Assembly: GCA_033762295.1 (NCBI GenBank)
Contig: JANRLW010000116.1
Span: forward strand, 1-47,891
Source of the DNA: Capsulimonadales bacterium
Lineage (GTDB): Bacteria > Armatimonadota > Armatimonadia > Armatimonadales > Armatimonadaceae
DNA length: 47,891 bases
Direction: 5' to 3'
The notes beneath the pieces were generated by a model. That model ran no database searches. It saw only the letters and a list, made by a program, of their open reading frames with translations, and was not told the origin of the DNA. Shown here one piece after another: positions 1-9,864 of the stretch. Position 1 is the stretch's first letter. Each line of letters opens with the position of its first letter. The position numbers and the translations under genes were made by a program.

Positions 1-699
1 CGATCAATAGCATTATATAGAAATGCGCCGGGGAAAGATGGAATGCCCATCGTTTTTTCCCTGGAGGTAGATCCGGCAACTCTGGACGCCTCTGATTTTC
101 AAGTCACCACCAAAAACGGGTCGAAATTCAATGTGGAAGCCGTAACCTTGCTACCGGCTGAGGAAGAATTTGAACTCAGAACGGCTTTGCTTATTGGAGA
201 ATATGGCAATCACCCCGACAATCCGCCGGTTTCGGTATCAATCGTCGGAGATTTGATGAGTCGAACGGGGAGCAATTTCAAAGGACAATCCAAAACCGTT
301 ATCCCGTTGGCTGAAGGACCGGTCCTGAGCTACGCAGAATATTTCACGTTTACGAAAGATTACCCTCATTTAGAGAAAGGCGCTGGCTCCGATTGCCCAA
401 AAGGCACGACTAAAATGGTCGTAAAAGCCGTATGGGCCGGAGGGGTAAGGGCGGTGAACGGGGACGAACTCGGAACTCGTGAACTCGGCGACTTCGTCGT
501 AACCATGGTTACGGGAAAGGATACCGTAGAGGTAACGCCCTTTAAGTTAGCGGACTTAGGAGACAATGACAATAACATTGATCTGTGCTTGAAAGAATCC
601 GGCACGCCAATCAAACTGACCGTTAAAGAAAATACCGCTATTGATCCACGGGATGATCGAAATCCCAAAACGGAAATCAAGGTGTTCAGTAGGTGGTAG
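1..699 (+). CDS. Hypothetical protein, 5'-truncated by the window edge
   Basis: Frame is open from base 1 (RSIALYRNAPGKDG-MPIVFSLEVDP...) to TAG at 697-699. Visibly AT-richer codon usage than the neighbouring genes. No family recognised. Confidence 0.75.
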   Translation, partial: RSIALYRNAPGKDGMPIVFSLEVDPATLDASDFQVTTKNGSKFNVEAVTLLPAEEEFELRTALLIGEYGNHPDNPPVSVSIVGDLMSRTGSNFKGQSKTVIPLAEGPVLSYAEYFTFTKDYPHLEKGAGSDCPKGTTKMVVKAVWAGGVRAVNGDELGTRELGDFVVTMVTGKDTVEVTPFKLADLGDNDNNIDLCLKESGTPIKLTVKENTAIDPRDDRNPKTEIKVFSRW

Positions 700-916
700 G
701 GGAGTAAGAAGCCGTTCCTTATCCCGATTCCGGGGAATCAACCGTCACGGTTCGCCCTGCGGCATTCACCGTTCCCGAACGACGAATGCCGATGTCCCCG
801 TTTGTACCAATCCTCCATCCGATCAAACAACGCACACCGATCTCTCCATCACCCGCCATCGATAAAACTGCCGGACCTGCGACGGTCGTCAGCACCGGGA
901 GGGTGCACGCGGCGAT

Positions 917-3685
917 TCAGACCGAAATTCCGTTTTCCCGGGCGCGGGAGATGGCGGCAAGGCGGCTGTCGACCTCCAGCTTGCCGAAAATATTATGGAC
1001 ATGCCGTTTGACCGTGCCCACGCTCAGGAATAACCGCTCGGCGATGTCCTGATTGGACAGTCCCCCGGCGACCAGACGCAGAACTTCGATCTCCCGCTCG
1101 GTCAGGAGGTCGGGCACGGACACGGTCGGATGGGACGGGGGAGCGGAAACGACCGGTTGAGTGTGGAGGGACCGTAACAGTCGGCTCGCCTGTTCGGTTT
1201 CGGGCCCCTGCTCGGTGGCAAGGCGCAGGATGGGAATCAGACAGGCGCCGACCTCGGAGAACACGCGGAGGTGCCCCTCCTGCCGGGAGAGGGTGAGCAC
1301 GGGAAGGAGAGTGGTCAAAGCGGCGGCTTCGTCGCCCTGCCGATGACGCAGAACGGCGAGCAACAGCCGGATCGGGAGGGCGGAACCGGAACGTCCCTGC
1401 GCTTCGCGTTCCGCGCAGAATCGTTCGGCCAGGCGGCGGGCGACGGCGTCGTTCCCCTGGGCTTCGCGCAGACGGATCAGATTCATCGCCATGATATCTC
1501 CGGAATGAACCGACGGAGGGCCGGGCCGCCGCGCCAGGAACGCATAAAGCGTATCGTCGTCGGAAATTCCGTTCGCCTCCCGCACCTGACGCTCCCATTT
1601 CTCGACCTCGGCAAGGTGGCCGCAGCCGAGGTGAAAACAGGCGGCGATGCCCTCGGAAAGGTGCCGGGCATGGGACAGAGGCCGTTTCCGGGCGAACGCC
1701 ATCAGGTTCTCCACGACGTGTCCGCCCGCCTCATGGTCGCCGTCCGCCAGATGCTGAAGGATTTTCAGATAACAGACGCGGTACCGGGCATCGGACGCTT
1801 CGATTTCGGTGGCGAGTTCATAGGATGTTTGCAGGTATCCGCCGGAAGTCGCCAGATCGTTCCGCTGCAGAGCGACGCTTCCCAGGCCCGAATACGCGCC
1901 GCAGGACATCGGGAGACGTTCCGTTCGGCAGGACCGGGCGAACGCGAGGGCCTCGTGATACGTCGCTTCGGCGGCGGTCAACCGCCCCTGAGACTCCTGG
2001 AGGAAACCGACGAACGCACGGGAGACCGAAGCGACCTGCGGATCGCGGATCCGCTCGCACTCCTCCGCCGCCGTCCGGCAAAGAGTGAGAGCGCGAGAAA
2101 CCTCGCCCTGTTCGACGTAGACCGCCGCCAGCAGCACCTGCATCACCGAACGCCACATGGTCGCGTCCTCGGGAAGGTCGGTAAGGGCCTCCTCGGCCAG
2201 GCGGATCGTCTCCTCGTTGCGGTCGCAGAAGCCGGATTCGAACGCCCGGAGGGATTTATACTCGGCCCGGAGATACGGGTTGTCGCCTCCGTCCGGGCCG
2301 AGCGCCTGCGCCGCTTCCTCCAGGGCGGTCCGAAGCAGGTCGGACTGCGCGGCGACGACGAAATACCGCGCCCGGAAGAGAAGGAGCGCCGGACTGCGCC
2401 GCAGATACTCCTCCGGAAGACCGGCAAGCCAGCGCTGAGAGGTAAAACCCTCGCCCCGGAACCATAACTCCCGGATGCTCGACTCGAGCAACCGTACCGC
2501 ATCCTCATACCGCCGGCCGGACAGCGCATGAACGATCGCCGGTTCGGTCAGACCGGCGTTCTCGTACCATTCCATCGCTCGCCGGTGCAGTTCGGCCTGC
2601 TCGCCCTCGCTCTCCTGCAGAAGCCGGGCGCGGAGCATATCGCCGAACAGATGGTGGTAACGGTACCAGCGCCGGTTATCATCGAGAGCGACCAGGAAAA
2701 GGTTGGTCGCTTCCATACGTTCGAGGATGGCCTGCCCCTCACCCGGCCGGAGGTCGCCGACCACCGCCTCGCAAAGCGGGCCATGCAGTCGGTCCAGGAT
2801 CGCCGTCCGATACAGGAAGTGACGCATCTCCTCCGATTGCTGCCGTAAAACCTCCTCGCCCAGGTAGTCGACGATGTACCGGTTACTGCCCGTGAAGGCG
2901 GCGATAAAGGCTTCCGGGTCCGTACGATTTCGGAGCGAAAGGCCCGCCAGCTGAAGGCCGGCCATCCAGCCCTCCGTGCGCTCCGCCAGAGCGTTCACCT
3001 GCTGATCGTTCAGGGAAAGCCCCATCACGTCGGCCAGAAAGCCGCGAATCTCCGGCTCCGCGCAGCGCAGGTCCGAGGTACGCAGTTCGGTCAGTTCGCC
3101 GCGGGCGCGAAAGCGGGCGATCGGCAACGGCGGGTCGACACGCGAGGAAAGGATCAGATGCACGTGCGGCGGCAGATGCTCCAGAAGCGACGTAACCGTC
3201 TCATGGACCGAGGTTTCGCCGATCAGGTGGTAATCGTCCAGAACCAGCGAGAGGGGCGATTCCGCCTCGCAGAGGGCGTTGAGCAACGCCGTCACCAGGA
3301 CCTCGCGAAGGGGCGGTTGCGGCGAGCGCAGAAGGGACAGGACGGACTCGCCGAACCCGGGGGACACCCGGCGAATCGCCATCGTCACATAGGTCAGGAA
3401 CCGGATGGGGTCGTTATCGCCGCCATCAAGGGACACCCAGGCCACCGGGTCGCCTTCCGCCGCCGTCCATTGGCGGGCGAGGGTGGTTTTACCGAAACCG
3501 GCGGGCGCGACAATCACGGTCAGGCGCGAGTGCTGGCGGCCGAAACGGATGCGCTCGGTCAGGCGCGAACGGTCCACCAGAGCGGTCCGGCGTGAGGGAA
3601 CGGCGATTTTCGTCGTCAGGACCACGGGTTCCGCCGGGGCGATCCGTTGATCGTTGTCCGCTGTCTGGCTGTTGCTGTCCTTCAT
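917..3685 (-). CDS. MalT-like LuxR-family ATP-dependent transcriptional regulator
   Basis: Walker A APAGFGKTT, WVSLD..DNDP, Walker B LVLDDYH, TEGW.AGL, WYRYHHLF, TPR-like middle region, C-terminal LuxR HTH LTEREIEVLRLVAGGLSNQDIA...TVKRHVHNIFGKL. Confidence 0.95.
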   Translation of the reverse strand: MKDSNSQTADNDQRIAPAEPVVLTTKIAVPSRRTALVDRSRLTERIRFGRQHSRLTVIVAPAGFGKTTLARQWTAAEGDPVAWVSLDGGDNDPIRFLTYVTMAIRRVSPGFGESVLSLLRSPQPPLREVLVTALLNALCEAESPLSLVLDDYHLIGETSVHETVTSLLEHLPPHVHLILSSRVDPPLPIARFRARGELTELRTSDLRCAEPEIRGFLADVMGLSLNDQQVNALAERTEGWMAGLQLAGLSLRNRTDPEAFIAAFTGSNRYIVDYLGEEVLRQQSEEMRHFLYRTAILDRLHGPLCEAVVGDLRPGEGQAILERMEATNLFLVALDDNRRWYRYHHLFGDMLRARLLQESEGEQAELHRRAMEWYENAGLTEPAIVHALSGRRYEDAVRLLESSIRELWFRGEGFTSQRWLAGLPEEYLRRSPALLLFRARYFVVAAQSDLLRTALEEAAQALGPDGGDNPYLRAEYKSLRAFESGFCDRNEETIRLAEEALTDLPEDATMWRSVMQVLLAAVYVEQGEVSRALTLCRTAAEECERIRDPQVASVSRAFVGFLQESQGRLTAAEATYHEALAFARSCRTERLPMSCGAYSGLGSVALQRNDLATSGGYLQTSYELATEIEASDARYRVCYLKILQHLADGDHEAGGHVVENLMAFARKRPLSHARHLSEGIAACFHLGCGHLAEVEKWERQVREANGISDDDTLYAFLARRPGPPSVHSGDIMAMNLIRLREAQGNDAVARRLAERFCAEREAQGRSGSALPIRLLLAVLRHRQGDEAAALTTLLPVLTLSRQEGHLRVFSEVGACLIPILRLATEQGPETEQASRLLRSLHTQPVVSAPPSHPTVSVPDLLTEREIEVLRLVAGGLSNQDIAERLFLSVGTVKRHVHNIFGKLEVDSRLAAISRARENGISV

Positions 3686-3784
3686 TTGACCGCCTTTTCC
3701 CTCTCGGGTGATGTATCGCCTCTACGAAGCTATATGCTAAAACTCAACCTTTCGCACCGGAATCCTCCGGATCTTTCCGGCGAA

Positions 3785-3815
3785 ATGTATCTTCGGATTG
3801 TATCGGAAGATACAT
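3785..3815. promoter_or_regulatory. Inverted repeat, candidate operator
   Basis: ATGTATCTTC-N11-GAAGATACAT, perfect 10-bp arms, in the divergent region about 100 bp upstream of the LuxR gene. Confidence 0.5.
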
Positions 3816-3892
3816 GCCCCGGCTGTCGGTTGACGGATATGCTGAAAACGCAGCGCGATCGGGATCGGATGCGGGCGACGACGCTCACCGAC

Positions 3893-3970
3893 CTCGAATC
3901 GGGAATCGACTTTGTGAATAAAAGCACAAACGGATTATGCAGGAGAAATACCGGGAATGCAAGCCTTGAC
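3893..3970 (+). repeat. 78-bp direct repeat, copy 1 (duplicate of the ECF sigma upstream region and first codons)
   Basis: Matches 4253-4330 with 4 mismatches, offset 360 bp. Confidence 0.95.
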
Positions 3971-4252
3971 CAAATACGGATGTAGAAACCGCGTCATCGG
4001 GTACCGCCCGAGCGTCCGGTTCGGCTCCCGTCCGATCGCCCAGGCGAGAATCCTGGCGGGAAAATATAAAGAATCGGTAAACAACGGCGGTTTTACGATG
4101 CCGCGTTTAGGCAATCTTTAGATTCGGATCGTATCCTGACGTTGCGGGCTATCCCGCCCGGTCGTGGACCGGGCGAGGAATGGAACGGAAGGGTGGAAAC
4201 GGCTTGAAAAAAGAACGAAGGAACGGATCGTTCCGGACCTGATGCTGCCCGG

Positions 4253-4330
4253 CTCGAATCGGGAATCGACGTTGTAAATAAAAGCGCAAACGGATTGTGC
4301 AGGAGAAATACCGGGAATGCAAGCCTTGAC
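4253..4330 (+). repeat. 78-bp direct repeat, copy 2 (includes AGGAG and the ATG of the ECF sigma gene)
   Basis: CTCGAATCGGGAATCGAC...GCAGGAGAAATACCGGGAATGCAAGCCTTGAC is shared with 3893-3970. Confidence 0.95.
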
Positions 4331-4898
4331 GGAATATGGGACCTCTTTCGGGGCGTCGACCCTCCGTGCGATGGATCGGACGATCGGCACTTTTGATGCG
4401 GTGATTCTGCCGCACCGTCGGTCGTTGTTCGCCCAGGCGCACCGACTGACCGGGAACGCCTCCGACGCGGAGGATCTGGTGCAGGAGACACTGTTGCGTG
4501 CCTATACCCGTCAGGATCAACTGACGGCCAGCGAAACGGCGGGGGCCTGGCTCCACACCATGCAGCGCAACCTGTTCATCAACGCCTATCGCAAGCGTCA
4601 GAAGGCGCCGCAGATGACCGAGTTGACGGAGGTGCGGGCCGAACGGACGGAAGCGCGTCAGCGGACGACGGAATCGCCGGAAGTGACGGTCGCCCGTCGT
4701 CTGGAGTATCAGGCGTTACGCAGGGCGTTGGTCGCACTGCCGGCTCGGTACCGGGAGATCCTCCATCTGGCGGACGTCGAGCAGTTATCCTACCAGGAGA
4801 TCGCCGACCGGATGGAGATGCCGGTCGGCACCATCCGGTCGCGGATCGCCCGCGGTCGGCAGCGGTTGCAGCGGGCGCTCCGCGGATGGCATTTATGA
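4317..4898 (+). CDS. ECF RNA polymerase sigma-70 factor
   Basis: Region 2 DAEDLVQETLLRAY...AWLHTMQRNLFIN; region 4 LSYQEIADRMEMPVGTIRSRIARGR. Confidence 0.95.
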   Translation: MQALTEYGTSFGASTLRAMDRTIGTFDAVILPHRRSLFAQAHRLTGNASDAEDLVQETLLRAYTRQDQLTASETAGAWLHTMQRNLFINAYRKRQKAPQMTELTEVRAERTEARQRTTESPEVTVARRLEYQALRRALVALPARYREILHLADVEQLSYQEIADRMEMPVGTIRSRIARGRQRLQRALRGWHL

Positions 4899-5170
4899 TG
4901 CCCTGTCCGTTTTCACGCTCCCGGCGGTCCGAAGGCGGGTGTTACGTGATTCGGGTTCGGGAGCGGATCGATCCGTTCTGGTCGACGTGGCTGGGCGGCA
5001 TGTCGATCGCCCACGAACCCGAAGGAACGACCCTTTTGACCGGTGAGGTGACCGATCAGGCGGCCCTGCACGGTTTGCTGACCAGGATCCGTGATATGCA
5101 GTTGACGCTTCTCTCCCTACAACTGGTGGGATTCCGGCTGGAGGGTGAGGTCGCCCAGGACGAGATGTGA
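4895..5170 (+). CDS. Small conserved hypothetical protein
   Basis: ATGA overlap with the sigma stop codon. The YVIRV..RID..WS.W..GMSI....GTTLLTGEV.DQAALHGLL.RIRD..LTLLS pattern resembles a small-protein family I associate with MalT-like LuxR loci. Confidence 0.8.
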   Translation: MMPCPFSRSRRSEGGCYVIRVRERIDPFWSTWLGGMSIAHEPEGTTLLTGEVTDQAALHGLLTRIRDMQLTLLSLQLVGFRLEGEVAQDEM

Positions 5171-5866
5171 CGACTGGGTCAGGGCGAAGACGATGGCGTG
5201 GGCGGCATCCTCGGGGGTGAGCATTTTGTCCCGCTGGACGCGCATCTCCACCGACGGTCGGTCGTAAAAGGGCGTGTCGACGCCGCCCAGGTAAAGCGCG
5301 GTGATTTTGAGGTTGTAGCGTCGGGAGACCTCGGCGCGCAGCGCCTGAAGAAAGCCGGTCAGACCGTACTTGGAGGCGCAGTAAGCGGTGGCGTTCGCCA
5401 TCGGCGCTTTCCCGAGAATCCCTACGACGTGCAGGAGATGCCCGCTTTTTCGGGGGGCCATCCGTTTCACCGCCGCCTGCGACAGCAGCATCGCGCCCAG
5501 CAGATTGCTGTCGAGAACCTGACGGAAATCGTCGACGGTCAGATTCTCGATGGGGCGGATCGCTCCGATCCCGGCCGCATTGATGACGATATCCAACGCG
5601 CCGTCGAAGGCGCTTTCCGCGTTCTCCACCAGCGCGGCCGCCTCTTCGGGTACCCGCAGGTCGCCGGTCAGGAGGACGGGTTCGTTGCCGGTAGCGAACT
5701 CAATCTGAGCGGCGAGCGTCTCCAGTTTCGTCCGGTCGCGTCCGGCGAGCGCCAATCGCGCCCCCGCGCCGGCCATTTCGAGTGCGGTCGCCGCGCCGAT
5801 GCCTCCGCTCGCGCCAACCAGTAAAACACCTTTTCCCCGCAATTTTTCCGTCGATTCCATGTTCAT
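5117..5866 (-). CDS. Short-chain dehydrogenase/reductase (SDR)
   Basis: GASGGIG Rossmann motif, INAAG, catalytic YCASK. Confidence 0.95.
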   Translation of the reverse strand: MNMESTEKLRGKGVLLVGASGGIGAATALEMAGAGARLALAGRDRTKLETLAAQIEFATGNEPVLLTGDLRVPEEAAALVENAESAFDGALDIVINAAGIGAIRPIENLTVDDFRQVLDSNLLGAMLLSQAAVKRMAPRKSGHLLHVVGILGKAPMANATAYCASKYGLTGFLQALRAEVSRRYNLKITALYLGGVDTPFYDRPSVEMRVQRDKMLTPEDAAHAIVFALTQSSHLVLGDLTLQPESHQL

Positions 5867-6188
5867 AGTCGTCGGTCAGGGCTCCGTTTCCGTTCATTTC
5901 CTCCGAATTTCGTCACTCAACAATGGAAGAGGCGGCGGAAAGGTTCCCGGTTCGTGCGGGAACGGCGGGGTTTGGCAAGGTCCTGCCCGCCTCGGAACCG
6001 CAGAGTTCCTCCGCAATTGCGCCGGAATCGCCTCGGACGGGTAGGGAAACGGCGCGTTCTCCCGACAATGAAAAGGAAAACGGCTTGTTCGGAAGGGAAA
6101 AGAGTTTCATTTCCGGAGGAGTCCGGAATAATAATCAGGTGACGCATCCGGGGGTTACGGTGAACGGGCGTCGCTGCTTGATAGTTAC

Positions 6189-6218
6189 TTGACAATAAAT
6201 TGTCGATTTGCGTATACT
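6189..6218 (+). promoter_or_regulatory. Sigma70-type promoter of the TonB-dependent receptor with an overlapping palindrome
   Basis: TTGACA-N18-TATACT; GACAAT-AA-ATTGTC inverted repeat at 6191-6204. Confidence 0.65.
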
Positions 6219-6427
6219 TGGCAGGCGTTGTGATCGCGTCGCCGATTCCTTCCGCCCGGAAAGTCTCCACCGATTCGAGGAGAAGCCTCCGGGCAGACCG
6301 TAGGGTTCGCGGCTTCGAAGGAGGGGCGATGGACGATCCGAATCCGGAGACGATCCGCCAGGTCGGCGTCGTTATCCGGGACCAACCGAAGACAAGCCGG
6401 ATGTTCGCAGGAATGAGGAGGGTGCAT

Positions 6428-9415
6428 ATGATTAGAGATCGGATTTCATCGCCGATCCGACCGGTGGTGCGCTTGATCTCGATCGCTTCCGCGGTTTCCA
6501 TCAGCCTATTTGCGGCGGAAATGGCCCGAGCGCAGGCCGAAAAACCGGCCGGAACGAACCAGCCTCCGGCGCAGGATCAGGCGGTTCCCCTACCTCCCGA
6601 TGCCGAAAGCCAGCTCTCCGGCTCGCGCGGAAACCTGCTTGTCATCGTTCAGGCGGTCGACAGTCAGACAGGTCAACTGGTTCCCGCTCCCAGCGTCGTC
6701 GTACGCGTCGAGAGCGAGTTCGAGCGGCCCCGGTACGGAGTGACGGACGCCGAAGGAAAGGCACGTCTCCGCCTCTTTGCCGGCCGATACAAGGTCGTCG
6801 TCACCAGCGCCCAGTATCAGCGCGACGAGAAGTTCGTCGACGTGAACGAAGCCGCGCTGGCGAAAGACCCCGCCGGCGGAACGTTCGACGTCGTCAACTT
6901 CATTCTGTACGATCGCATCGAGTTTGATAAGAAGATCATCCTCTACAGCCTCCTCGACCGAACCGAGGTTGGAAATGTCTACCGGCGGGATCAACAATTC
7001 GTCAACCGTTTTCCGGTCGGGATCGGCAACCGGCAGAGCCTGACCAAACAACTGCGCAGCGTTCCCGGACTGGTGGAGGATAGCCTGAACCAGTTGCATG
7101 CGCGGGGGGAGAACTCCGTCGCTACCGCCACCATGCTCAACGGCGTGCTGATTCCGCCGTCGGCGGTGGGGCGGCTTTCGCAGGTGATCCTCCCGGACGC
7201 ACTGGACGAAGCGGTCGTCCGGGTCGGCGGCCTGGCACCCGAATACGGCGGCGGTTCCGGGGCGATCTACGATCTGAAGACGCGCCGGGTATCCCCTTCC
7301 GGACGCTATCTCGACTTCGCCCTGCGCGACGGCGATTACGATACGTCCGATGTCTACCTCAACTTTGGCAACACCTACCCCGGCTTCGGAAAAGTCGCCG
7401 GGCGAGGGCCGATCCGCCGTTTCCGTTACGATATCTCGCTCAGCGAGCGGGTGACCAACGAGGTGGCGGAACCGCCGCGTGACGGCTATACCAATCCTGC
7501 CAACTACGGCGTCTCCGATGTTTTGTTCGTCAACGCCACGTTCGATCTTGCGCAGAACAAATCGATCAGCGCCCTCGGTAACTTCTCCACCGGGCGCGCC
7601 GGCATCGCGACCCGGCAGGGTTTCCTGTCCAACTTCCGGCCGTTCGGAGCGGGCTTCGGCTTCCTTGGCGAGCGGGACTTCAACGGGGCGACCGCCACCA
7701 ATCCGGGGAACAGCGCCTCCCTGCCGAGCCAGGAGGATCTGAACCAGGATTTCCGGCAAAAGGACGACAACAGCCTGATCATGCTCCAGGCGCGTAGCCA
7801 GGACGTCAAGGGCAACGAGCAGCGTATCGCGTTCGGCGTCTCCTCCTCGACCCTGTTTCAGGGGAACCGCGCCGGGACGATCACTCTTCGACAGGGGCAG
7901 CTTCCGAACGATAACTCGGTGGAGTATCTGCCGACGGTGCTGAACGATTACCAGAACATCTTCGTTCAGGCCGACTATTCGCTGGCGGAACCGCGCTCCG
8001 ATGCCAACAAGACGCACCGTCTGAAGTTCGGCGTGGTTTACCACGACCTGGACGGTCTCGATTCGTACCAGTTCATTCCGCAGAGCAATCTGGCTTTGAA
8101 CGAGCTGTTCGCGCTCGATCCGCGCCTCGCGCCGTCGACGATCGTCAATCCGGAGATTGCGCCGACCGGTCGAATCGACGCACGAGGGAACGTGGATTTC
8201 CGGACGCTGACCGAGCGGGTGAACTATCCGGTGCTCTTCGCGGATCGAACGGGGTCCTACGCCGCGGCCTACGTCCAGGATACGTACAAGATCAGCAACC
8301 TCTTCCGGATCAACTACGGTCTGCGGTTTGACAGCTTCTCCCAGACCACCCGGATCAGCTCGACCAACCCGGACTATGCCAATCAGAACCAGGCCAGTCG
8401 ATCCGCGTCGCAGAACCTTCTGTCGCCCCGTGTCAACGTCGCCTATGTCTCGCGGTACGGTCCGCGTCTGGGCGGATTCCTGCGGCCTCTGGACGTCCTG
8501 CTGAAGCCTCTCGGCTTCATTTTCAATGAGCGGGCGATCCTGCGCGTTTCGTACAACCGCCTGTTTGCGCCGCCGTCCCTCGGGCAGGGCTACTTCACGG
8601 CGAACCAGCGGGGGACGCAGGCCAGTCAGGCGGCTGCCGACCCCCGGACGTTCACCGTCGCCCCGATTCCGCAGGTGGTCGATCAACTCGACCTGTCGGT
8701 GGAACGTCAGATCGGTGACTTCACGGTCGCCAAGTTCGGTATCTATTCGAAGGACCTGAAGGATACCCTGGCGATGCGGTCGGTGCTGACGCCCTTGCAG
8801 GCGGGAACGATCTCCACACTGAACCTGGGAGGCGGGGTCGCGGACGGGATCGAATTCGGGGTTGAGACCAGCCCGCGGTTCGGTAACGGAAACAGCCTTC
8901 ACGCGTTCCTCGCCTTCGCCAATAGCGGGACGTCGCCCAAGGATCCGAACCAGTTTTCGAACCTGGCAGGCTCCGCCGGGACACGGGACCCGTCCGACCT
9001 GGAGAAGATTCGATCGAACTTCTATGAGTTCGATCAGGCCAATACGTTGAGCGGCGGTGTCACCTACATGTTCGCGAGCGGCGGCTCGGCGGGGCTGTCC
9101 TTCGTCTACGGCAGCGGACTGTACTCCTCCGCGCTGTCCTCGTTGCCGAACGGCACCACGATTCCGGCCAACTCGGCCAACCTGGCGAATCCGGTGCGGA
9201 CGCAGTCGCGCAAATCCTGGAACGAGGTCAACCTGCGGTTCGCGACGCCGCCGAATTTCCTGTATCGGCAACGGGACGGACGCGGGATCGGTATCGAGTT
9301 TCAGGTGGAGAACCTGTTTGACTCGCTGTCGGTGCTGAACTGGCGCGGACCCTTGGCCGGCACCCGGTATCAGCTCGGCCGGCGATTTTATCTGGGACTG
9401 ACGGGACGTTTATAA
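6428..9415 (+). CDS. TonB-dependent outer-membrane receptor with N-terminal carboxypeptidase-regulatory-like domain
   Basis: GAGGAGG before ATG 6428; signal peptide ending ARA-Q; TDAEGKA..RL.AGRY domain; plug LRSVPG...LHARG...GGLAPEYGG; barrel motifs AYVQDTY, YGLRFD, SPRVN, VENLFD, GRRFYLGL; adjacent exbBD-tonB. Confidence 0.9.
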   Translation: MIRDRISSPIRPVVRLISIASAVSISLFAAEMARAQAEKPAGTNQPPAQDQAVPLPPDAESQLSGSRGNLLVIVQAVDSQTGQLVPAPSVVVRVESEFERPRYGVTDAEGKARLRLFAGRYKVVVTSAQYQRDEKFVDVNEAALAKDPAGGTFDVVNFILYDRIEFDKKIILYSLLDRTEVGNVYRRDQQFVNRFPVGIGNRQSLTKQLRSVPGLVEDSLNQLHARGENSVATATMLNGVLIPPSAVGRLSQVILPDALDEAVVRVGGLAPEYGGGSGAIYDLKTRRVSPSGRYLDFALRDGDYDTSDVYLNFGNTYPGFGKVAGRGPIRRFRYDISLSERVTNEVAEPPRDGYTNPANYGVSDVLFVNATFDLAQNKSISALGNFSTGRAGIATRQGFLSNFRPFGAGFGFLGERDFNGATATNPGNSASLPSQEDLNQDFRQKDDNSLIMLQARSQDVKGNEQRIAFGVSSSTLFQGNRAGTITLRQGQLPNDNSVEYLPTVLNDYQNIFVQADYSLAEPRSDANKTHRLKFGVVYHDLDGLDSYQFIPQSNLALNELFALDPRLAPSTIVNPEIAPTGRIDARGNVDFRTLTERVNYPVLFADRTGSYAAAYVQDTYKISNLFRINYGLRFDSFSQTTRISSTNPDYANQNQASRSASQNLLSPRVNVAYVSRYGPRLGGFLRPLDVLLKPLGFIFNERAILRVSYNRLFAPPSLGQGYFTANQRGTQASQAAADPRTFTVAPIPQVVDQLDLSVERQIGDFTVAKFGIYSKDLKDTLAMRSVLTPLQAGTISTLNLGGGVADGIEFGVETSPRFGNGNSLHAFLAFANSGTSPKDPNQFSNLAGSAGTRDPSDLEKIRSNFYEFDQANTLSGGVTYMFASGGSAGLSFVYGSGLYSSALSSLPNGTTIPANSANLANPVRTQSRKSWNEVNLRFATPPNFLYRQRDGRGIGIEFQVENLFDSLSVLNWRGPLAGTRYQLGRRFYLGLTGRL

Positions 9416-9864
9416 GGTCCGGAAAATCCGGAATCGTCCGAAGATATAGTGGAAACGGACGGTTCCGGGTATAGTGGTGTTTGGGGAAGGGCGCCAGGTC
9501 CGACGGCGCTCCTTCCATGACGAACGGAACGCAAGAACGTAAAAAGAAGCGTGGACTAAACGGGTACAAGCCGCTTCCTTCGGTGCCGGACCGGTCGGAG
9601 AGCCTCCGCAGGCATGCACGCCCTCCGGAGGCCGGTTCAGATTTCCAGTCAGGGCCTAAACACCGGGTATGGCCGGGTTACGGATGAAGAAAAACACCTT
9701 TCGCTTGACAGGAATTTCACTGCGAAAAGGTTCAATCTTGTTGTAGAGTATTCCGACGGTCGAAAAAATCGGAAGAATGCCGGGTTTGCCATCGCCTGCC
9801 ATGAGGTCGGTAGCGCCCGTTTCCGAGGGTCCGTCAACCGGTTGGAGGTCCGCAAAGGCACGTA

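Noticed and set aside
4221..4235. GAACGGATCGTT motif also near 11996, and a related one near 14760, as a REP family
   Set aside because: Too short and too few copies to distinguish from chance.
6200..6427. Longer N-terminus for the TonB-dependent receptor from TTG 6200
   Set aside because: It overlaps the predicted promoter; ATG 6428 has an RBS and gives a proper signal peptide.
6590..9271. 893-aa minus-strand ORF (also 25272-27590, 30484-32574, 19278-20903, 46102-47796, 42430-43833)
   Set aside because: Antisense shadows of well-supported genes in GC-rich DNA; no recognisable motifs.
9705..9735. TTGACA promoter upstream of the exbB-exbD fusion
   Set aside because: No credible -10 box at 16-18 bp spacing.
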